Below are positions 10,752 to 19,338 of a stretch of DNA of 64,000 nucleotides, piece after piece; position 1 is the stretch's first letter; each line of letters starts with the position of its first letter. The stretch is from an uncultured Bacillales bacterium (lineage in GTDB: Bacteria > Bacillota_I > Bacilli_A > RF39 > UBA660): the NCBI GenBank assembly GCA_948433085.1, contig CAOJDP010000002.1, forward strand, positions 13,579-77,578. The letters are read 5' to 3'. Made by a program: the position numbers and the translations under genes. Under the pieces are notes generated by a model. The model did no database searches, was not told the origin of the DNA, and was given only the letters and a program-made list of their open reading frames with translations.

Positions 10752-10905
10752 TTTAGCACTTCCTTTATTGTTATTTTCCTTAAAGAGTGCTATAATGTAA
10801 TAGAAGACCTAATTACAATTATAGCCTCGGTTATTTTTGTTTAAGATTGCTAGTCTTATGGGTTTTCATTAAACGCTTGGAGTTGCACCTCTAGGCGTTC
10901 TTTTT

Positions 10906-11163
10906 TTATTTTACTTCCCAAACTTTACCACAAGTTTGACATACAGCTTTTTTATGTTCAACATTTATAGTTTTATATTTTTTACCAATACCAAACACTT
11001 TAAATATTAAAGCTGGTAAAGTAAAGAATAGCCACTTGAATAATGATATTATCCAACCAATAGTTATCCAATATAATATTCCGTGATGTTTTCTCACCAT
11101 CTTTACTTCATTTACTACTTGAATGGAAACATTATCACTTCCACACTTAGGACATTTAATCAT
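10906..11163 (-). CDS. small zinc-ribbon membrane protein (CPxCG ... TM ... CxxCG)
   Basis: CPKCGS and CQTCGK pairs flank a hydrophobic segment; ATG at 11163 with GGAAG RBS. Confidence 0.45.
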   Translation of the reverse strand: MIKCPKCGSDNVSIQVVNEVKMVRKHHGILYWITIGWIISLFKWLFFTLPALIFKVFGIGKKYKTINVEHKKAVCQTCGKVWEVK

Positions 11164-11471
11164 TTTTACACTTCCTTTCATATTTATTTAAAATACCTGA
11201 ACTAGCGTATTTTTTGCTTGAATTGTATTTTTTATTATAAATTTTGTTAATTTTTACCATTTAACATCTAAAATCGACCATTTAAGGTAAATACACACAT
11301 TATATTTCCAATAATTGGTATAATAGAATGTTTAAATTTATAATAGAGCCCCGAGAGGGGGAATAGCGGATAATGGACTTAAAATTATTGCTATATAGTG
11401 AATTAGAAGCTACGAATGTAGATGTGACACTATATATACTTTTTATAGAATATTTCCTATAGGGGATATTC

Positions 11472-11915
11472 TTATTCTTTGTCATTATCTTTCATTATAA
11501 ATTGTTTATTTGCTTTAGCAAAATTTATTAACATATTAAAATTTTCTTCACTTAATTCTTCATTTTCATCTAAGAATCCTTTTCTTTTAAGTACATCTTT
11601 TAATAGTTCTTTTTCTTGTTCTTTAGATAATTTTACCTTTTCTTCTTTGTTGTCTTTTAGATTTTTTCCTATCAAGTCAGGTAATCTTACAAAAAGAGTT
11701 TCTTCTAAAACAACTAAATTATCTATACTAGGTGAATTTTCTCCAGCTTCCCATCTAGCAATAGAAGCTTGTGTTATAGGTTTAATATGTTTTTCCTCAG
11801 GTACATCTTTATTATGTATATTGCATACTCTAACCGTTTGCCTACTTAGTTCACTTTGTGACCAGCCTTTTTCTTCTCGTAAATATTTTAAATTTTCGGC
11901 AAAATAATTATTCAT
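11472..11915 (-). CDS. XRE-family HTH repressor (cI-like)
   Basis: N-terminal LKYLREEKGWSQSELS... HTH; divergent from a cro-like gene. Confidence 0.65.
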   Translation of the reverse strand: MNNYFAENLKYLREEKGWSQSELSRQTVRVCNIHNKDVPEEKHIKPITQASIARWEAGENSPSIDNLVVLEETLFVRLPDLIGKNLKDNKEEKVKLSKEQEKELLKDVLKRKGFLDENEELSEENFNMLINFAKANKQFIMKDNDKE

Positions 11916-11972
11916 AGACTACCTCCAATCTATACTCATTATAATATATTTTTTACACCAACACAAGTTTTT

Positions 11973-11988
11973 TATGAAAATTTGTATA
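11973..11988. promoter_or_regulatory. operator-like repeat copy 1 (tatgaaaatttgtata)
   Basis: 16-mer repeated at 12002-12017 and 12289-12304; overlaps a TGnTATAAT extended -10. Confidence 0.5.
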
Positions 11989-12001
11989 ATTTCTATTGAC
12001 T

Positions 12002-12017
12002 TATGAAAATATGTATA
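12002..12017. promoter_or_regulatory. operator-like repeat copy 2 (tatgaaaatatgtata) inside a putative promoter (TTGACT-17-TATGAT)
   Basis: ttgact at 11996-12001, 17-nt spacer containing the repeat, tatgat at 12019-12024, then RBS AGGAGGTG and the cro-like ATG. Confidence 0.5.
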
Positions 12018-12045
12018 GTATGATTGGATTGTAGGAGGTGATACG

Positions 12046-12321
12046 ATGAACAATAAAATAGAACTTCTTAAAATTAAAATTGCTGAGGAACTTAGAAAAT
12101 TGAGAGCTGAAAAAGATTTATCTTTGGAATCAGTAATCAATGGAATCAATGAAAAAAACGAAGAAAATATGATAAATATTGGAACATTGGTTAGATATGA
12201 AAAAGGCTCAGTATTACAAAGTTTAGACAAGCTAACAATTATATTGGATTTTTATGAAGTTAAACCATTATATTTTTTTAATCTTGTCTATGAAAATATG
12301 TATAGAAATGAGGAGGATTAA
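12046..12321 (+). CDS. XRE-family HTH protein (Cro-like)
   Basis: HTH-like LRKLRAEKDLSLESV; strong RBS AGGAGGTG. Confidence 0.6.
   Translation: MNNKIELLKIKIAEELRKLRAEKDLSLESVINGINEKNEENMINIGTLVRYEKGSVLQSLDKLTIILDFYEVKPLYFFNLVYENMYRNEED
12289..12304. promoter_or_regulatory. operator-like repeat copy 3 (identical to copy 2)
   Basis: Exact 16/16 match to copy 2 at the 3' end of the cro-like gene. Confidence 0.45.
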
Positions 12322-12322
12322 G

Positions 12323-12433
12323 ATGAGTACAGGTATTCAAGCGTTATTGATTATTTGTGGAACTATTATTGCTTTTATATGGATAGTAGCTTGGTATTCT
12401 ACAAAAGAAAATAACAAAAAAAATAAAAAATAA
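12323..12433 (+). CDS. 36-aa single-TM peptide (MSTGIQALLIICGTIIAFIWIVAWYSTKENNKKNKK)
   Basis: AGGAGG RBS 6 nt upstream of the ATG; absent from the ORF track because it is under 60 aa. Confidence 0.4.
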   Translation: MSTGIQALLIICGTIIAFIWIVAWYSTKENNKKNKK

Positions 12434-12465
12434 CCATAAGACTAGCAAAGAAGAGGTGATTTTAA

Positions 12466-12690
12466 ATGGAAAAGCCTTACTTAAATCAAAAAGAATTAAC
12501 TGAATTGTTAGGACAGGGAAGACGATATGGTGAAAGAGTAATGAAACATCTTTTAGAAATTGCTAAAGATAAAAATTATTACATTCCTGATAGTGGTAGA
12601 GAAGTCCTGATACCAACACATTTAGTTAAAAAAGAACTAAAGATTAAAGAAGTAATCTTAAACAAAAGTAGGAAAGAGGAATTGGAATGA
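12466..12690 (+). CDS. hypothetical phage protein
   Basis: ORF with RBS. Confidence 0.4.
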   Translation: MEKPYLNQKELTELLGQGRRYGERVMKHLLEIAKDKNYYIPDSGREVLIPTHLVKKELKIKEVILNKSRKEELE

Positions 12691-12917
12691 AAAGGACAAA
12701 GAAAAGATTAAAAATTAAATGGAAGAATATAGCATTACTTGTAATTTTGCTTATGTGTACCTATATAGTCGGTCACGATGTATATATGTTAACTATTTAT
12801 AGTTGGATAACTGGAAATATGTATGGCTGGACTTGGTTTGGATTCTTAACATTCTTATTAGCGTTTGCTATAGGAGGAGAAATCATTGAATATTTTATTG
12901 ATGAATTTATGGAATAA
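12687..12917 (+). CDS. small membrane protein
   Basis: Two hydrophobic segments. Confidence 0.4.
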   Translation: MKRTKKRLKIKWKNIALLVILLMCTYIVGHDVYMLTIYSWITGNMYGWTWFGFLTFLLAFAIGGEIIEYFIDEFME

Positions 12918-13037
12918 AAAAAGATTTATAAGTTGTCGAAGAACTCATAAATCAAATGTAAAACAAAATATTTTACTCTTAGATTATATCATCTAAGAGA
13001 GAAAAAAGCAAAAAAGGAATGGAGGTAATTACAAAAA

Positions 13038-13892
13038 ATGGCTTTGAGAAATCAACCTTATCTTCCTTTATATGTGCAAGACTTTTTAACTGATGAAAAG
13101 TTGATAGAGTGTAGTGCTGAATCAACTGGAGTTTATGTAAGAATAATGTGTATCTTACATAAAAGTGATGAATACGGGTGTATTTTGCTAAAGCAAAAAG
13201 ATAAGCAAACTGATGACAATATAAAAAACTTTGCTTTGAAACTTGCTAAACAAATGCCTTATGACATTTCTATAATTGAACATTCTTTAAGAGAATTATT
13301 GGAAGAAAAAGTTTTAACTTTAGAAGAAGATTTATTATTTCAAAAAAGAATGAGAAGAGATGGAATTCTAAGTGATAAAAGGGCTGAGGCTGGAAAAAAA
13401 GGAGCAAACAAAAAAAGTGCTAAAGATTTTGCTAAAGCAAATGATGAAGCAAATACACAAGCAAATAACTTAACAAATACTGAAATTGAATATGAATATG
13501 AAAATGAAGATGAAATTGATAATGAAAATAATATTGAAATTATAAATAATGAAGAAAAAATATCTTTGGAAGAAATAAAAGGTATTATTGATTATCTTAA
13601 TTTAAAAACTAATTCTCATTATAAATATTCAAGTGATAAAACTAAAAAATTGATTAGAGCTAGAATCAATGATGGATTTGAAGTAAACGATTTTAAAATT
13701 GTTATTGATAATAAAGCTGATGAATGGCTAGGAACTGATTTTGAAAAATTTTTAAGACCTGAAACTTTATTTAGCAATAAATTTGAGGGCTACCTAAATC
13801 AAAAAACAACTCCAAAAAAGAAGACTTTGAAAGATATATCAATGTCGGATTTAGATAGAGCTATTGAACTTGAAAGAGGTAGAGTACAATGA
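13038..13892 (+). CDS. phage replication initiator / replisome organizer (DUF1376-like N-term + conserved phage C-terminal domain)
   Basis: PYLPLYVQDFLTDEKL....GVYVRIM matches the DUF1376 pattern; C-terminal block (…ARINDGF..NDFKIVID.KADEWLG…ETLFSNKFEGYLNQ) matches the conserved phage replisome-organizer C-terminus. Confidence 0.55.
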   Translation: MALRNQPYLPLYVQDFLTDEKLIECSAESTGVYVRIMCILHKSDEYGCILLKQKDKQTDDNIKNFALKLAKQMPYDISIIEHSLRELLEEKVLTLEEDLLFQKRMRRDGILSDKRAEAGKKGANKKSAKDFAKANDEANTQANNLTNTEIEYEYENEDEIDNENNIEIINNEEKISLEEIKGIIDYLNLKTNSHYKYSSDKTKKLIRARINDGFEVNDFKIVIDNKADEWLGTDFEKFLRPETLFSNKFEGYLNQKTTPKKKTLKDISMSDLDRAIELERGRVQ

Positions 13893-14287
13893 CAAAATTA
13901 GAATTTCTAAAAGGTATGAAAAAATTGGCTAATCTTTATTTGAAAGATATGAAAGATGATGAGCTAACAACTTGGTATGAAGTGTTTAGTAGTGGAGATG
14001 TCACAATTTTCTATATGGCTATTCATTCAATAGGAACTAAAAACAAGTATTTTCCTGTATGTGCGGAATTGGTAGAAGAATACAAAAATCAAATGCCAAT
14101 TCACTTACATAAAGTTTTAGAAAATAATAAGTCAATTCCAAAAGAAAGAATGAAATATTTAAAAGATATGATTGATTGGTATTCTTTAAAAAAGGAATAT
14201 CCTAAAGAACTACTAGATGAAATTTTTGAATATAGAAAAGCTATTACCAACAAAACTGATTCTATGCTATTGGGGTATAAGGAATGA
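13889..14287 (+). CDS. hypothetical phage protein
   Basis: ORF, overlapping stop/start. Confidence 0.4.
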   Translation: MTKLEFLKGMKKLANLYLKDMKDDELTTWYEVFSSGDVTIFYMAIHSIGTKNKYFPVCAELVEEYKNQMPIHLHKVLENNKSIPKERMKYLKDMIDWYSLKKEYPKELLDEIFEYRKAITNKTDSMLLGYKE

Positions 14288-14526
14288 TAAAAGAAACTTT
14301 AGTTAGAACAGGGCGGTATTGGAGATTATTAAGAAAATATAACACTTTAGAAAATAATTATGAAACTTTACAAAAAGAAGATGAGTACAAAGATAGAATT
14401 ATTACTCGACAAAAAAATGAAATAAAAAAATTAAAGGAGGAATTAAAACAATGGCAACAGCCAAGACGAAAACCAAAGAAAAAAAGACAACATATAACTT
14501 CGGTGAGAAAAAAGAAGAAAATATAA
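14284..14526 (+). CDS. hypothetical coiled-coil protein
   Basis: ORF. Confidence 0.3.
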   Translation: MIKETLVRTGRYWRLLRKYNTLENNYETLQKEDEYKDRIITRQKNEIKKLKEELKQWQQPRRKPKKKRQHITSVRKKKKI

Positions 14527-15299
14527 ATGGTAAAAAAATACCAGTGGAATTTCATACACCAAAGTATAACGAAGCTAAAAATAAAGCTACTGAATTATTA
14601 AATAGTGAAAAATATAAGGGCGTATTAGAGCCAAGTGATTTTTGGATATTAGTAAACACCTATGCCAATAAAACAAAAGCTATGTATAGCGGACTTATTA
14701 TAAGTCACGATGGTTGTTTAAAAATTAATGATGTATTAGAAGAAAAATTAAAATTCAAGCCTGAATGTATGTCACTAGACAAAGAGGGATATAACAACTC
14801 ACTTGTATATAGCTATATATGTCCTGAACAGGGATTATATGAAGTTGGAGAAGTTAGTAAAGATAATTGTAAAAATGATTATCCTTACGCTATGGCTTTG
14901 AAAAGATGTTTTGATAGGGTAGTTCTTAAAAATAGTAGAATTGCTTACTCAGGAATTTATAGTGATAGTGAAAGTGATGAATTTTTAAAGAGAACTGATG
15001 AGAGTGAATCCGCACCAGCTGAAAAGCCAAAAGAAGCACCTAAAAAAACAACTACAAAAGCTACACCAAAGAAAGAACAGCCAAAAGGTGGAGATTTACC
15101 AGTACAGGAAAATCAAATAGAAATTATCAAGAAACTTTATACAGCTGAGGAATTAGTACCTTTGATGAAACATATAGGAAAGATAAAAATAACTGAACTT
15201 ACTTTACTAGAAGCTAGTAGCTTAATAAAAAGAAAAGAAAATCAAAAAGTGGAAGCACCTGTTGAAGCTCCGCAAGATGATGATAACTATTTAGATTAG
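14451..15299 (+). CDS. putative ssDNA-annealing/recombination protein (assignment by context only)
   Basis: AGGAGG RBS; sits upstream of a PD-(D/E)xK exonuclease and SSB; disordered K/P/E-rich C-terminus. Confidence 0.3.
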   Translation: MATAKTKTKEKKTTYNFGEKKEENINGKKIPVEFHTPKYNEAKNKATELLNSEKYKGVLEPSDFWILVNTYANKTKAMYSGLIISHDGCLKINDVLEEKLKFKPECMSLDKEGYNNSLVYSYICPEQGLYEVGEVSKDNCKNDYPYAMALKRCFDRVVLKNSRIAYSGIYSDSESDEFLKRTDESESAPAEKPKEAPKKTTTKATPKKEQPKGGDLPVQENQIEIIKKLYTAEELVPLMKHIGKIKITELTLLEASSLIKRKENQKVEAPVEAPQDDDNYLD

Positions 15300-15311
15300 G
15301 AGGAATTAAAG

Positions 15312-15632
15312 ATGGAAGAAAATAAATTAGTAATCATTGAAAAAGGTGAGATAGTTATACCTGAAAAAACTATTGAAGATTATAAAAAATTAGCAAAGTT
15401 AAAATTAGAGTTTGACTTAATGGATAAAGATTTTAAAGCTCAACTAAAAGAAGCTATGGAATCAGTAGGAAAAGATAGCGTTATTAGAGATGGATTCTCC
15501 GCTAAGATAAAAAAAGGATATACAACTAAAAGATTTGATTCGGCTAGATTCAAAAAAGAATGTCCTGAAATTTATGAAGAATATTCTAAAGATTCAAGTG
15601 TATCAAGTTCAATAACTATTGATGTTGAGTAA
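15312..15632 (+). CDS. hypothetical phage protein
   Basis: ORF with RBS. Confidence 0.4.
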   Translation: MEENKLVIIEKGEIVIPEKTIEDYKKLAKLKLEFDLMDKDFKAQLKEAMESVGKDSVIRDGFSAKIKKGYTTKRFDSARFKKECPEIYEEYSKDSSVSSSITIDVE

Positions 15633-16237
15633 TGATTGACTTTTTAGAAGAGCCACACATCTATTTAGTTGATGGAGTAATAACTCCAAGTGTTAGTGAA
15701 ATCCTACACTTTATATTTCCTGATAAATATAAAGGTGTCGATAGAAAAATATTAAATAAAAAAGCTCAATACGGAACAACGATACACGAATCAATAGAGA
15801 TGTATGAAGCTAACATTAAAACAATGGCTATTCAAGAGGCTTTTGATGTCACTATTCAAGCTAAAGAACTAACTTATATTCAAGAAGCAAGTCTAAGACA
15901 ATATTTAAAGCTAAAGAATAGATACAACATAGATGTTTTGGAACAAGAGATGATGATTCAATTTGAAAAAAAGTATGCTGGTAGATTCGATATGATAGCA
16001 AATGTCAAAGGGTATTTAAGCTTATGTGATATTAAGACAACAGCTGAATTGGACGAAGAATATCTAAGCTGGCAACTATCTTATTATGAATTAGCTATGG
16101 GCAAGACTTTTGAAAAACTATATGCTATTTGGCTTCCTAAAAAAGGAATAGGACAAATAGTAGAAATAAAAAGAAAACCTAGAGAGGTTTTAATAAAAAA
16201 ATTAAATGAATTTTTGGAGGTATATAACAATGACTAA
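15632..16237 (+). CDS. PD-(D/E)xK nuclease, RecB/YqaJ-like phage exonuclease
   Basis: D..(12)..DIK motif (DMIANVKGYLSLCDIKT) and QLSYY (QxxxY) motif. Confidence 0.55.
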   Translation: MIDFLEEPHIYLVDGVITPSVSEILHFIFPDKYKGVDRKILNKKAQYGTTIHESIEMYEANIKTMAIQEAFDVTIQAKELTYIQEASLRQYLKLKNRYNIDVLEQEMMIQFEKKYAGRFDMIANVKGYLSLCDIKTTAELDEEYLSWQLSYYELAMGKTFEKLYAIWLPKKGIGQIVEIKRKPREVLIKKLNEFLEVYNND

Positions 16238-16505
16238 AGAAGAGTTAATAAATTTTATAAATAGTATTGATTTTGAAATAGCAACTTGTATGACCTTAAC
16301 TTATATCAAGAAAACTCCAACAAGATATATGGACGATAGTGAAAGATATAATGCTGAGCCAAAAACAATAACATTTCAAAAAGATTATGAAAGTTTAATA
16401 AATGAAAAGAACAGCTGGATAGAAAGAAGAATAGATGACCTATACGCTGGACTTAGAGAAATTAGAGAAAGAGAGGAAAAACAAAATGAAAAAAACAATA
16501 GATGA
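16206..16505 (+). CDS. hypothetical phage protein
   Basis: ORF. Confidence 0.35.
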   Translation: MNFWRYITMTKEELINFINSIDFEIATCMTLTYIKKTPTRYMDDSERYNAEPKTITFQKDYESLINEKNSWIERRIDDLYAGLREIREREEKQNEKNNR

Positions 16506-16806
16506 AAAAGAAATTAAAAGAATAGAAGAATTATTAAAGGGTGCTGATAGTGTATTAATTATGACTAATAAAGGTGGAGCTATATTAGGCTGTGGCGTAG
16601 AAATATTAAGCTTATTTGCTAATATTGGTGCTCATTTAAAAGAAGCTGGATTCAAAGAAGATGACTTAAAAGAAGCTTTGGAAATTGGCTTTAATGCTGA
16701 AAAAATGTCAATAGATGAAGACAAGTTAAAAGACTTCCTAAAATCAGGACTAAAGGGAATCAAAGAAATCTTAGATGAAATATTAGGAGATGATAAAAAT
16801 GAATAG
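16486..16806 (+). CDS. hypothetical phage protein
   Basis: ORF; start trimmed to the ATG with RBS. Confidence 0.35.
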   Translation: MKKTIDEKEIKRIEELLKGADSVLIMTNKGGAILGCGVEILSLFANIGAHLKEAGFKEDDLKEALEIGFNAEKMSIDEDKLKDFLKSGLKGIKEILDEILGDDKNE

Positions 16807-17260
16807 TGTTGAATTGGTTGGAAGATTAGTAGCTGACCCTGAATTAAGATATACACAAGATAATAGAGCTTATGTAAGAGTGACTATTGCTGTTGATAGA
16901 GGAATCAGCAAAGAAGATAAAGAAGCTGGAAAACAAAGTGCCGACTTTATAAGTTGTATCTTTTGGAATAAAACAGCCGAGAATTTAGCTAAGTATATGA
17001 AAAAAGGTAGTCAAATAGGTATTACAGGTAAATTAAGAACAGGAAGCTATGAAGCCCAAGATGGAACTACAAGATATACAACTGATGTAAGAGTAGACGA
17101 ATTGACTTTCTTGGAAAGTAAGCCTAAAGATGGAAGACCTGAGCCTGAGTACGACGGATATGACGCTATACCTGATGAAGATGAAGAAGAAGTAGAAAAT
17201 GACCCATTTAAAGATTTTGGAGAAGAAGTAGTAATTAGTGATGATGATTTACCTTTCTAG
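16799..17260 (+). CDS. ssb: single-stranded DNA-binding protein
   Basis: OB-fold N-terminus MNSVELVGRLVADPELRYT; acidic tail ending DDDLPF. Confidence 0.85.
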   Translation: MNSVELVGRLVADPELRYTQDNRAYVRVTIAVDRGISKEDKEAGKQSADFISCIFWNKTAENLAKYMKKGSQIGITGKLRTGSYEAQDGTTRYTTDVRVDELTFLESKPKDGRPEPEYDGYDAIPDEDEEEVENDPFKDFGEEVVISDDDLPF

Positions 17261-17267
17261 GTGATTT

Positions 17268-17789
17268 ATGAAGCTTGTAGGTAATTATGCTCGTACTGGA
17301 AAAAGTGAAAACTTTGAAACTGAAATAACACTAACAATACGAGAGAACTATAAATATTTAATTCAAGACTTAGATAAGAGTGAATTATATTCCATAGTAA
17401 TATCTAAAGCTAAAGATAAAAGAACGGAACAGCAAAACAAATATATGTGGGCTCTAATAGGTGAGATAGACAAAGCTCGAAATGGTGATAGGTCAAATGA
17501 TGATTATGACATTTACATTGAAGCTTTAGTAAGGGCTGGAGCTAAATATACTCATCTATTAGTTGAGCCTCAGGCTGTACCAATGTTAAGAGAAAGATTT
17601 AGAGCCATACAATTAGCAAGAAGAATCCAAGTTGGTGAAAAAATCTTTTGTGATTATAAATGCTATGATGGAAGTTCTAAATTTGATACTAAAGAAATGC
17701 ACGACTTAATAGAAACAATTTTAGATATGGCTAGTGAATGTGGATTAGATATTGTCTATTGGAAAGATGTATTAGATTTTGAGGATTAG
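17268..17789 (+). CDS. NinB/Orf-family recombination mediator
   Basis: RTEQQNKYMWALIGEI resembles lambda Orf RSLDQNRKLWACLGDV. Confidence 0.5.
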   Translation: MKLVGNYARTGKSENFETEITLTIRENYKYLIQDLDKSELYSIVISKAKDKRTEQQNKYMWALIGEIDKARNGDRSNDDYDIYIEALVRAGAKYTHLLVEPQAVPMLRERFRAIQLARRIQVGEKIFCDYKCYDGSSKFDTKEMHDLIETILDMASECGLDIVYWKDVLDFED

Positions 17790-17791
17790 AG

Positions 17792-18013
17792 ATGGGAAAG
17801 ATAAGTCAAAAAGATATTGTGTTGAATCATCTAAAGAAGTATGGAAGTATATCCACGATGGAATGTTATTCGATTTATAGAATAACTGATTTACAACACG
17901 CCATATATCTTTTAAGAAAAGAGAACTACAAAATTACTGATGAATGGGTTAAAAGTAAAAATAGTCTAGGGTGGGCTAATAAATATAAGAAGTACACCTT
18001 AGTTGAAGAGTAA
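17792..18013 (+). CDS. hypothetical phage protein
   Basis: ORF. Confidence 0.35.
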   Translation: MGKISQKDIVLNHLKKYGSISTMECYSIYRITDLQHAIYLLRKENYKITDEWVKSKNSLGWANKYKKYTLVEE

Positions 18014-18024
18014 AGGCTGATAAT

Positions 18025-18276
18025 ATGAACGAAGAAAAAGATGAAAAAATTAGTAAACTTACAGCTAGGAATCAGCTCTTGGATAGCAACAATAGAATCC
18101 TAGCTCAAAAACTTAAAGATAAAGATAAAGAAATTAAAACTATCAATAATTTATATCTAAAAGAAAAAGCTAAGTTAAGTGAAATTTATAGAGTAGTGTC
18201 TTCTAGTAAAATCAACGAAGAAAATTATACTAAGATGATTGATTGGATAAAAAAAGTAATAAAGGAGGAAGTTTAA
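18025..18276 (+). CDS. hypothetical coiled-coil protein
   Basis: ORF. Confidence 0.35.
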   Translation: MNEEKDEKISKLTARNQLLDSNNRILAQKLKDKDKEIKTINNLYLKEKAKLSEIYRVVSSSKINEENYTKMIDWIKKVIKEEV

Positions 18277-18277
18277 T

Positions 18278-18457
18278 ATGTTTCAAGTTATATATTGGAT
18301 TCTAGCAATAATTACTATGTTAGTGTTGTTGATTAGTTCTTTATATTCTTTTGTTGTAAAAATTAAAGATGAAAAGGACTTAAAAAAATTTAAAAAGAAA
18401 CAACAAGAAATGTTAGAAAAACAATTAAAACATATAGAAAATATTTACAATGACTAA
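18278..18457 (+). CDS. small single-TM protein (59 aa)
   Basis: AGGAGGA RBS; MFQVIYWILAIITMLVLLISSLY... Confidence 0.35.
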   Translation: MFQVIYWILAIITMLVLLISSLYSFVVKIKDEKDLKKFKKKQQEMLEKQLKHIENIYND

Positions 18458-18632
18458 ATTAGATACACTAGAGGATACTATAGAGCTTTTAACTAAGCAA
18501 ATGCTAGAAGATGTATTTAAAGATAAAAAAGAAAATAAACAAGAGTTGATAACAATGAGTAAAGCTGATTTATATAAGTTTTGTATAAGGTTAGTTAAAC
18601 TCATTCAACAAGTAGAAAATATGGAGGACTAA
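18450..18632 (+). CDS. hypothetical phage protein
   Basis: ORF. Confidence 0.35.
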   Translation: MTKLDTLEDTIELLTKQMLEDVFKDKKENKQELITMSKADLYKFCIRLVKLIQQVENMED

Positions 18633-18633
18633 A

Positions 18634-19338
18634 ATGAAGTATATAGCAAGTGTCAGCTTTGGCAAAGATAGTCTAGCTATGTTATTACTCTTAATAGAAA
18701 AGAAGTGTCCTTTAGATGAAGTAGTATTTTATGATACTGGTATGGAATTTCAAGCTATATATAATATACGAGATAAAATATTGCCTATTTTAAAAGAAAA
18801 CAATATTAAGTATGTTGAGTTGAAGCCTGATAAACCTTTTGAATATACAATGTTTGAAAAACCAGTATTAAAAAGAAATGGTACAACTAGCAAAGGATAT
18901 TCTTGGTGTGGTGGTCGTTGCCGATGGGGAACTACCGAAAAGCTAAAGAAAATAGAAAAGTATTGTAGAGGTAATTATGAATATGTAGGAATAGCTTATG
19001 ACGAGCCTCGAAGATTAGAAAAAGAAAGAAAAGGTAATAAATTATTTCCGCTAGCTGAATGGAAAATGACCGAAAAAGATTGTTTAAATTATTGTTATGA
19101 AAAAGGCTTTAATTGGTTAGAAGACGGAATAGAACTTTATTCAATACTTGATAGGGTTAGTTGTTGGTGTTGTGCTAACAAGAATCTAAAAGAGTTAAAA
19201 AATTACTATAAACATTTACCTGAATATTGGAATAGATTAAAGAAATTCCAATCTAAAACAAATAGACCTTTTAAATATAACAAATATACCATAGAAGATT
19301 TAGAAAAAAAGTTTAAGGAGGACAAAGATGAATTATAA
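18634..19338 (+). CDS. PAPS-reductase-like PP-loop ATPase family protein
   Basis: SFGKDS PP-loop motif near the N-terminus; C-terminal Cys clusters (CGGRC, CWCC). Confidence 0.5.
   Translation: MKYIASVSFGKDSLAMLLLLIEKKCPLDEVVFYDTGMEFQAIYNIRDKILPILKENNIKYVELKPDKPFEYTMFEKPVLKRNGTTSKGYSWCGGRCRWGTTEKLKKIEKYCRGNYEYVGIAYDEPRRLEKERKGNKLFPLAEWKMTEKDCLNYCYEKGFNWLEDGIELYSILDRVSCWCCANKNLKELKNYYKHLPEYWNRLKKFQSKTNRPFKYNKYTIEDLEKKFKEDKDEL

Noticed and set aside
10874-10905. Hairpin plus T-run resembling a plus-strand terminator next to the integrase
   Set aside because: The stem is only 5 bp with a large loop, and there is no upstream plus-strand gene. It is on the wrong side for the minus-strand genes.
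11300-11485. 61-aa minus-strand ORF
   Set aside because: There is no RBS and the composition is low complexity. The region is better treated as intergenic.
11479-11907. 142-aa plus-strand ORF
   Set aside because: It is antisense to the XRE repressor gene, with low complexity, Ser/Phe-rich composition and no RBS.
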